A stretch of DNA of 64,000 nucleotides from an uncultured Actinomycetota bacterium (lineage in GTDB: Bacteria > Actinomycetota > Actinomycetes > Streptosporangiales > Streptosporangiaceae). The position numbers were made by a program, and so were the translations under genes. Under the pieces are notes generated by a model. It worked only from the letters and a program-made list of their open reading frames with translations, had not been told where the DNA came from and did no database searches. Shown here piece after piece: positions 57,682 to 64,000 of the stretch. Location: NCBI GenBank assembly GCA_963749145.1, contig CAVVLN010000002.1, forward strand, positions 272,952 through 336,951. The letters run 5' to 3'. The first letter of the stretch is position 1. Each line of letters opens with the position of its first letter.

Positions 57682-58773
57682 TCACCGGGGCGGCGGCGCG
57701 CTGGTGCGACGCCCGGTCAGCGTGCACGGCACCTCCATGATGATCATGGTCGGGCCGCCGGGCGGGCTGCTGATGGCCAGGATGCCGTCGAAGCTGGCCA
57801 GGCGCCGCTCGACGCCGTGCAGCCCGGTGCCGCGGGCCGGGTCCGCACCGCCGGTGCCGTTGTCGGTGACCTCGATCCGCAGCACGCCCGGCACCGGCAG
57901 GCCCTCGGCCGGCCGCGGCCGCGGGTAGTCGGGGACGTGCCGCAGGCGGATCTGCACCAGCCGGGCGCCGGAGTGCTTGACGGCGTTGGCGAGGGCTTCA
58001 GCGATGGCGAAGTAGCAGGCGGACTCGACCGGGGCGTCGAGGCGGCCGGGCAGGTCGATGTCGGTCTCCGTGCGGACCGGGGTGTCCAGGGCCAGGGCCT
58101 GGACGGCGTCGGCCAGGCCGCGGTCGGCCAGCACCGGAGGATAGATCCCGCGGACCAGGTCGCGTAGCTCGATCAGGGCCTTGGACGAGGCTTCGCGGGC
58201 CTCGGCGACCAGCGCTATGGCGGCCTGGGGGCTGGTGGGGATGAGCCGCTCGGCGGCGCGCAGGTTCATGCCGAGCGCGACCAGGCGGGCCTGGGCGCCG
58301 TCGTGCAGGTCGCGTTCCACCCGGCGCAGCTCGGCGGCGGCGGTGTCCACCGCGTCGGCCCGGGTCCTGGTCAGCTGCTGCACCCGCCCGGCCAGCACGG
58401 GGTCCGTCCCCAGCACCGAGCGCGCGTGCGGCACCACCGTCCGCGGCACCAGCCACACCCCGAACGCCAGGATCGTGCCCGCCTCGAGGGCGGCCAGCAT
58501 GGTCAGCCGCCAGTCGCCGCTGAAGTTGACGACGACGTTGCCGCCGGGGCCAAGCAGCCACCCCGTCGGCGGTGCCTGGGCGAACGCGATCCCCCACAGC
58601 CCGACGGCGATCACCGCGATCGTGGCCAGGTCCGCCCCCACCCTCGGCACCGCCAGCAGCAGGATCAGCGCGAGTCCCGCCAAGGCGGCAACCACAGCGA
58701 GATGGCGTCCGTTCAGGTACCGGGGGACGTGGTCGACGAGCAGCACGAAGATGACCAGCGCCAGCGGGCACAA
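57682..58773 (-). CDS. Sensor histidine kinase (HisKA_3 / NarX-DesK type)
   Basis: H-box ERDLHDGAQARLVALGMNL and ATPase blocks IAEALANAVKHS and DNGTGGADP...GTGLHGVERRL. The N-terminus is uncertain. A further TM segment (WRDVLLLQSLAILAAGLWLLW) lies upstream in another frame (58790-58948). Confidence 0.85.
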   Translation of the reverse strand: MCPLALVIFVLLVDHVPRYLNGRHLAVVAALAGLALILLLAVPRVGADLATIAVIAVGLWGIAFAQAPPTGWLLGPGGNVVVNFSGDWRLTMLAALEAGTILAFGVWLVPRTVVPHARSVLGTDPVLAGRVQQLTRTRADAVDTAAAELRRVERDLHDGAQARLVALGMNLRAAERLIPTSPQAAIALVAEAREASSKALIELRDLVRGIYPPVLADRGLADAVQALALDTPVRTETDIDLPGRLDAPVESACYFAIAEALANAVKHSGARLVQIRLRHVPDYPRPRPAEGLPVPGVLRIEVTDNGTGGADPARGTGLHGVERRLASFDGILAISSPPGGPTMIIMEVPCTLTGRRTSAPPPR

Positions 58774-59032
58774 CAGGCCCCAGCCCCACGCCCGAGCCGA
58801 GGAAGCCCGGGGCCGGGCCAGAGCCGGACCCGCCCGAGCCGGCGCCGGCCCGGCGCTGGCTGCGGCGCCAGAGCAGCCACAGCCCGGCGGCCAGGATCGC
58901 CAGCGACTGCAGCAGCAGCACGTCCCGCCAGGCGTCGGCCCGGGCCACCTGCGGCCAGCCGGGGAAGCCGGCGATTCCCGGCGGCTTGACCGGCGTGGCG
59001 CTGAATGGCCTTGCCCGCGGGTGCGGCCTGTG

Positions 59033-59422
59033 TCACGGAGTGACCGCGGGTGCGGCCGATGCCGCGGGCTTGGCCGAACTCGGGACGGCTGCCTCGCTCG
59101 CGGTCTGGACCCCGTCCGCCAGCGTTATCACGATGCCGGCCGCGCCGAGGCAGGTCAGCGCGACCGGGGCCACCCGGCGGGCCGCCAGCGGCGCGCAGTA
59201 GGCCAGCGCCACGACGGCCAGCGCGATCAGCACGACCGGCCAGCCCCAGTTGCCGCGCCTCATCGCCACGGCGCACACCAGCACGGCGAACACGCTGAAC
59301 ACCCAGCCGGCCGTGCGCAGGCGTCTCGGGTCGAGTCGCCGCAGCCGCACGCTGGCCGCGGGCCAGCGCCACCACAGCACCACGACGCAGCCGATGGCCA
59401 GTGCCACCAGGTAGCTCCCCAT
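59033..59422 (-). CDS. Hypothetical membrane protein (about 4 TM segments)
   Basis: 129-aa ORF with hydrophobic segments YLVALAIGCVVVLWW, WVFSVFAVLVCAVAM, WPVVLIALAVVALAYC and VALTCLGAAGIVITL. It may belong to the sensor module of the kinase downstream. Confidence 0.5.
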   Translation of the reverse strand: MGSYLVALAIGCVVVLWWRWPAASVRLRRLDPRRLRTAGWVFSVFAVLVCAVAMRRGNWGWPVVLIALAVVALAYCAPLAARRVAPVALTCLGAAGIVITLADGVQTASEAAVPSSAKPAASAAPAVTP

Positions 59423-59567
59423 GACCGGCTCCTCGCCTCACCGCCGGCGCGGGTGCCGGCGGCCGCCTTCAGCTGCCTCCAGCGTGGTCCATGCTGCGAC
59501 TTCGCGCCAATGGGGCGGCGCCCCCGGGCGTGGTAGGCAAACGCCTACCACCTGCCGCGGCACCCGA

Positions 59568-60938
59568 TCAGGGGGCGAGGTCGGCCAGGATCTCCTCGAG
59601 CCGGTCCAGCTGCCCGGCGATCCACGGCAGCGCCAGCGGGTCGGCCGCGTCCAGCGCGGCCTCCTGCTCGTCGCCGGTGTCGCCGTACAGGGACCCGGTG
59701 GCCAGCCGCAGCCGCAACGCCCCGGCGCTCTCGCCGAAGGCACTGCCCGGGAGGGTCCCGGCGCCATACCGCTCGAGCAGCAGCCCGGCCAGGCCCGCGG
59801 CCGTGGTCACGCCGTGCCGGCGGGCCAGGTGGCCGCGCCACGGCTCGAAGTCGGGGTAGACGTAGAACGCGGCCTGCGGCGTCGGGACCTCCAGGCCGGC
59901 CCGGGCGCAGATCCCGGCCACGGCCCGGCTGACCGCGGCGTGCAGGGCGCGGCTGGCCACGATGCGCTTGGCCAGATCCTCGGGCTCGCTGAACGCCACC
60001 GCCGCCGCGCGCTGGATCGGGACGGCGGGCGCCGACCAGATCTCGCTGCCGATCCCGACCAGCTGGCCGCGCAGCCAGTCGCCGAGCCGGCCCTCAGGCA
60101 GCCGGGCCACGCCGATCCGCCAGCCGCCCAGGGCCAGGCTCTTGCTCAGCGAGGTAGTGACGATGGTCCGCTCCGGCGCCACCGCCGCCGGGCTGAGCAC
60201 CGGCGTCGTGGGGTCGTGCACCAGGTCGCGGTAGATCTCGTCGGAGATGATGATCAGGTCGAGCTCGGCGGCCGCCGCGCAGAACGCCCGCACCGTGGCC
60301 GGCCGGGGCACCCGCCCGGTCGGGTTGTCCGGCAGCGTGACCATCACCGACCGGATCTTCCGCCCGGCGGCCCGGGCCGCGGTGACCGACCGGCGGAGCG
60401 CGACCGGGTCGCAGATGCCGCCCTCACCGGGCGCGGCCGCCACGAAATGCGCCCGGGCCCCGATCAGGCTGGCCTGGGCGGCGTAGCTGACCCAGCTGGG
60501 CCGGGGGACGGCCACGTCCCCGTCGGCCGCGAGCAACAGGCCGAACAGCAGCGGCTTGCTGCCCGGCCCGCACACGACCGAGCCCGGGCTGGTCGGCAGC
60601 CCGCGCCGCTGCCAGTATCCGGCCGCGGCCGAGCGCAGCGCCTCAAGGCCGGCCACCGGGCCGTAACCGTTGCTGGCCGTGGCCGCCGCCAGCGCGTCGC
60701 GCAGCGCCGGATGGGCGGGCAGGCCGGCCTCGCCGAACGCCAGCGGCAGCACCGGCTGGCCGCGGCGGCGCCGGGCGGCGAGCGCCTCGTTCGCGGCCAG
60801 CGTGGCCGAGACCGGCAGGTGCTCCCCGGCGGGCGGCGAGGCCGGCGGGGCCGGCGGGGCCGGGGGAGCGGGGGCCAAGGCGGGGATGGACAGGGGCAGG
60901 GTAGGCGAGGCCGCGGTCGCGGTCCCGGCGAAAGGCAT
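59568..60938 (-). CDS. PLP-dependent aminotransferase, class I/II
   Basis: 456 aa with a Pro/Ala-rich N-terminal extension. The core has NGYGPVAGL, LPDNPTG and the PLP-lysine region TTSLSKSLALGGWRIG. Confidence 0.9.
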   Translation of the reverse strand: MPFAGTATAASPTLPLSIPALAPAPPAPPAPPASPPAGEHLPVSATLAANEALAARRRRGQPVLPLAFGEAGLPAHPALRDALAAATASNGYGPVAGLEALRSAAAGYWQRRGLPTSPGSVVCGPGSKPLLFGLLLAADGDVAVPRPSWVSYAAQASLIGARAHFVAAAPGEGGICDPVALRRSVTAARAAGRKIRSVMVTLPDNPTGRVPRPATVRAFCAAAAELDLIIISDEIYRDLVHDPTTPVLSPAAVAPERTIVTTSLSKSLALGGWRIGVARLPEGRLGDWLRGQLVGIGSEIWSAPAVPIQRAAAVAFSEPEDLAKRIVASRALHAAVSRAVAGICARAGLEVPTPQAAFYVYPDFEPWRGHLARRHGVTTAAGLAGLLLERYGAGTLPGSAFGESAGALRLRLATGSLYGDTGDEQEAALDAADPLALPWIAGQLDRLEEILADLAP

Positions 60939-61073
60939 GGGGGAACTCCAAGCTGCGGGGTGGGGTCTCGCGAAGACAGGTTCCTGGCACCTGGCATCTC
61001 AAAGTACAACAACTGCGTCACCAGGATGTATCCCGTTAAGCATAAGAGCAACCTCGCATCACTGTCGCAGAGG

Positions 61074-61088
61074 ATAAGCTTCTCTTAT
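61074..61088. promoter_or_regulatory. Candidate LysR-type T-N11-A box (ATAAG-N5-CTTAT) in the aminotransferase/lysR divergent region
   Basis: ataagcttctcttat is read directly and overlaps the lysR ATG (61087). It is nested in a longer perfect 9-bp inverted repeat, gcataagag (61040-61048) and ctcttatgc (61082-61090). Confidence 0.4.
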
Positions 61089-61992
61089 GCTAGACACGCA
61101 CCGGCTGCGGCTACTAAGGGAATTTGCCGAGCGCGGGACCATCGCGGCTACCGCCGCCGCTCTCGGCTACACGCCGTCGGCGGTGTCGCAACAGCTCGCC
61201 GCGCTGGAGCGGGAGGCCGGGGCGATCCTGCTCGACCGGACCGCTCGCGCCGCCGAGCTGACCGACGCCGGGCGCCGCCTGGCCGAGCACGCCGAGCGCA
61301 TCCTGGCCCAGATCGAGGCGGCCGAGGCCGACCTGTCCCAGGGCGGCCCGAGCGGCCGGGTAACCGTCGCCGCCTTCCCCACGGCCGCGGTCGCGTTCGG
61401 CCCGGCGCTGGTCCGGCGGGTGCGCGCGCACCCAGGCCTGACCCTGCTGCTGCGCGAGACGCAGCGCGAGGAGGGCCTGCGGCTGGTCCGCGGGGGCGAG
61501 GTGGACGTGGCCCTGGTGGCCGACTGGACCGGCCGGCTCGCTAGCGCGGATGCCGGGACGCTGCGGTTCTACCCGCTCATCCGCGACCCGGTGGTGCTGG
61601 TGCTGCCGCGCGGCCATCCCGCCGCCGACCCGTCCCGGCCGGTCGAGCTGGACCGGCTGCGGGACGAACCCTGGCTGGCCGCGCCGTCCGGGGAGCCGTC
61701 CCGGCGGGCGGTCGACCGGCTGCTGGCCGGCACGGTCGGGATACCGCCGGCGCCGTGGGAGTTCGAGGGCCTGTCCACGATCCTCAGCCTGGTCGCGCGG
61801 GGGATCGGGATCGCCGCGCTGCCCCGGCTCACGCTGGCCGTCGGGGACCGCCGGGTCACCGTCCGCGAGATACCCGGGCACGACCAGGCCCGCCAGGTGT
61901 TCGCGGTCGCCCGGGCGTCCAGCGTGCGGCGGCCATCGGTGGCCGTGATCCTCTCCGCGCTGGAGGCGGCCGCCGACCGGCTCGGCCGCTAG
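61087..61992 (+). CDS. LysR-family transcriptional regulator
   Basis: N-terminal HTH: LRLLREFAERGTIAATAAALGYTPSAVSQQLAALERE. A C-terminal substrate-binding domain follows. The gene is divergent from the aminotransferase gene. Confidence 0.9.
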   Translation: MLDTHRLRLLREFAERGTIAATAAALGYTPSAVSQQLAALEREAGAILLDRTARAAELTDAGRRLAEHAERILAQIEAAEADLSQGGPSGRVTVAAFPTAAVAFGPALVRRVRAHPGLTLLLRETQREEGLRLVRGGEVDVALVADWTGRLASADAGTLRFYPLIRDPVVLVLPRGHPAADPSRPVELDRLRDEPWLAAPSGEPSRRAVDRLLAGTVGIPPAPWEFEGLSTILSLVARGIGIAALPRLTLAVGDRRVTVREIPGHDQARQVFAVARASSVRRPSVAVILSALEAAADRLGR

Positions 61993-62078
61993 CCGGGGCG
62001 GCCGGAGATTCGCCGCCGGCCCGCTCGGGTAGGAGCACAAGGGGGAACGCGAGATGTCTAGCGGGGGGCGGTGCCGAC

Positions 62079-64000
62079 ATGGGGGCATCGCGGGCCAGGC
62101 CGGGCGCTGCCGCCGCGCGGGCGCGCCGGCCCTCGGCGGCCAAGCCGGAGGCGACCGGACCGGAGGCGACCGGACCAGAGGTAACCGGACCAGGGGCAAC
62201 CAGGCCGGAGGCGGCGCGGCTGGAGGCCGCCGGGCCGCCGCAGGTCGTGGAGTTCGCGGCCGAGCAGCTGCTCGGCGGGCAATCCGACGCCCTCCCGGCC
62301 GTGCTCGGGCGGCTGGCCGAGGAGCTCGGCGGCCAGGCCGCCCTGGCGGTACAGTTCACGGCCAGCCGGAGGCTGATCGTGCTGGCCGCCCATCCGGCGG
62401 GGGCCGCCAGCGATCCCGCGCTGCTCGCGACCATCGGCGTGCTGTGCAGTGAGCGCGCCCGCGGGGAGGGGGAACGGCCCCGCCAGCGGCTGGGCTCGGT
62501 CGGCCGGTCCGGGCCGGGGGTGCTGCTGGCCTGGCCGCCGCCGGACCGCGGCGAGCAGTCTGCCGGCTCGTCGCTGTGCACGCTGGCGCTGGTCGGGGAG
62601 GCCTCGGCCTGGACCCCGGCGACCGGCGCCACGCTGCGCGTGATCGCCGCGTTCGTGGCGGCGCAGATCCGGCACGCCGGCGACGCGGCCGGGCTCGCCG
62701 AGCGCGTGGCGGTCAGCTCGGGGCTGATCAGCGGATCGCCGGACCCGATCGTCGCGACCAACTCCGACCGCCGGGTCGTGGAGTTCAACCCGGCGGCCGA
62801 GGTACTCCTGGGCTGGCGCCGGGCCGACGTGCTCGGGAGGCTCGCCACCGACACCTACATACCCGAGCGCGACAAGGCCCAGTACGAGCAGGCCACCGAG
62901 GCCTTCCTGCGTCACGGCGACCGGGGTCAGTACGTGGGCCGGCTGCGCGTGCCGGTGCGCCGCGCCGACGGCAGCGAGCGGATGGTCGAGCTGACTCCGG
63001 TGCCGCTGACCATCGACGGCGAGGTGCACTTCTGCGGCTTCCTGCGCGACCTGACCGACCTGGAGCAGGCCCAGGCCGCGCTGGCCGAGAGCGATGCCCG
63101 CTTCGGCCTGCTGTGCCGGGTCGCCCCGGTCGGGATCGTGCAGACGGACGCCGAAGGCCGGTGCACGTTCGCCAACGACCGCTGGCACGCGCTGACCGGC
63201 ACCCCGGCCGGCGCGTCCCCCGGCGACTGGACGGCCGCCCTGCACCCCGACGATGTCGAGCGGGTCGCGCGGGAGTGGGCCCGCGCCGCGGCAAGCGGCG
63301 CCGAGCTGCGCACCGACTGCCGCCTGCGGCCCGCCGCCGGGGGGGAGCTCTGGGTCCACGTCGCGGCCATGCCGCTGCCGGGGCCGGGCGGCGACCCGGC
63401 CGGTTACCTGGCCGCCGTCATGAACATCACGGAGCGCAAGCGCGCCGAGGCCGAGCGGGAGCGGTTGCTGGCGGCCGAGCAGCGGGCCAACACCCGGCTC
63501 GCCGACCAGACCGAGCGGCTCAACAGCCTGATCGCGGTGGCGATCCCCGGGGTCCTGTTCGCTGACGAGACCGGCGTGGTCACCCAGGTCAACCAGAGCT
63601 TCTGCGACCTGTTCGGGCTCACCCGAGATCCCGCGGCCGTGACCGGCACCCCGGTGGCGGACCTGGTGTGGGAGGTCAAGGCGGTGTTCGCCGACCCCCC
63701 CGAGTTCATCCGCCGGACCAGCGAGGCGCTGGCCGCGCGGCGCCCCGCCTCCGGGGAGCAGATGACCTGCGCCGACGGCCGCACCCTGGAGTGCGACTAC
63801 TGGCCGGTGCTCGTCGGCGGCGACTACCGCGGCGACCTGTGGCTGGCGTGGGACATGTCGGAGCGCACGGCGCTGGAGCAGGAGCGCGAGCGGCTGCTCA
63901 CCGCCGAGCAGGCCGCGCGCGAGATGTCCGAGCTGGCCCAGCAGCAACTGGCCGAGCAGAACACCCGGCTGCGGGACATCGCCGAGGCGAAGACCCAGTT
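62079..64000 (+). CDS. Multi-PAS sensor histidine kinase, 3' end beyond the window
   Basis: The frame is open from ATG 62079 to the window edge, so it is not in the ORF track. It has a PEATG repeat N-terminus. PAS blocks are PDPIVATNSDRRVVEFNPAAEVLLGW and APVGIVQTDAEGRCTFANDRWHALTG. Coiled coils follow, ending ...RLRDIAEAKTQ, just where a HisKA H-box normally begins. Confidence 0.8.
   Translation, partial: MGASRARPGAAAARARRPSAAKPEATGPEATGPEVTGPGATRPEAARLEAAGPPQVVEFAAEQLLGGQSDALPAVLGRLAEELGGQAALAVQFTASRRLIVLAAHPAGAASDPALLATIGVLCSERARGEGERPRQRLGSVGRSGPGVLLAWPPPDRGEQSAGSSLCTLALVGEASAWTPATGATLRVIAAFVAAQIRHAGDAAGLAERVAVSSGLISGSPDPIVATNSDRRVVEFNPAAEVLLGWRRADVLGRLATDTYIPERDKAQYEQATEAFLRHGDRGQYVGRLRVPVRRADGSERMVELTPVPLTIDGEVHFCGFLRDLTDLEQAQAALAESDARFGLLCRVAPVGIVQTDAEGRCTFANDRWHALTGTPAGASPGDWTAALHPDDVERVAREWARAAASGAELRTDCRLRPAAGGELWVHVAAMPLPGPGGDPAGYLAAVMNITERKRAEAERERLLAAEQRANTRLADQTERLNSLIAVAIPGVLFADETGVVTQVNQSFCDLFGLTRDPAAVTGTPVADLVWEVKAVFADPPEFIRRTSEALAARRPASGEQMTCADGRTLECDYWPVLVGGDYRGDLWLAWDMSERTALEQERERLLTAEQAAREMSELAQQQLAEQNTRLRDIAEAKTQ
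62145..62234 (+). repeat. Six tandem 15-bp coding repeats (P-E-A-T-G-like pentapeptides)
   Basis: ccggaggcgaccgga occurs twice identically. Then come ccagaggtaaccgga, ccaggggcaaccagg, ccggaggcggcgcgg and ctggaggccgccggg, all head to tail. Confidence 0.85.

Overview
High-GC, actinomycete-type chromosomal segment, read by eye from the sequence and ORF track. I found no rRNA, tRNA or CRISPR array. There are four blocks.

(1) 0-13.5 kb: a PAS/GAF-PP2C phosphatase (partial), a repeat-rich surface protein, a ferredoxin reductase and secreted proteins. This block also holds a tightly coupled four-gene operon (PTPS-type pterin synthase, methyltransferase, GT4, SDR). It is transcribed divergently from a class III adenylate cyclase-ATPase-TPR regulator.

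(2) About 13.7-37 kb: a visibly AT-richer, mosaic glycan-biosynthesis island. It carries GmhA/HddA/GmhB heptose genes, several glycosyltransferases, four methyltransferases, an AsnB-type amidotransferase, a Wzx flippase, a Wzy-like membrane protein and a CgeB-like protein. Decayed IS630, IS66 and IS701 copies interrupt it.

(3) 37-51.6 kb: a high-GC capsule/EPS-type locus. Genes are a bi-domain oxidoreductase, heparinase II/III, WbuB-like GT4, WecA/MraY-type initiating transferase, UDP-ManNAc dehydrogenase, BY-kinase, LMW-PTP and a LuxR/LAL regulator. An unusual number of these genes look frameshifted.

(4) 51.6-64 kb: envelope functions (LCP, SGNH hydrolase, leaderless GH25 muramidase), a NarL-type two-component pair, an aminotransferase/LysR divergon and a multi-PAS histidine kinase that runs off the window.

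The most interesting candidates are the putative pterin-glycoside operon, the mosaic heptose/methyl-glycan island, and the clustered frameshifts in the EPS locus. Many long ORFs in the track are opposite-strand or out-of-frame shadows of real genes and were discarded.
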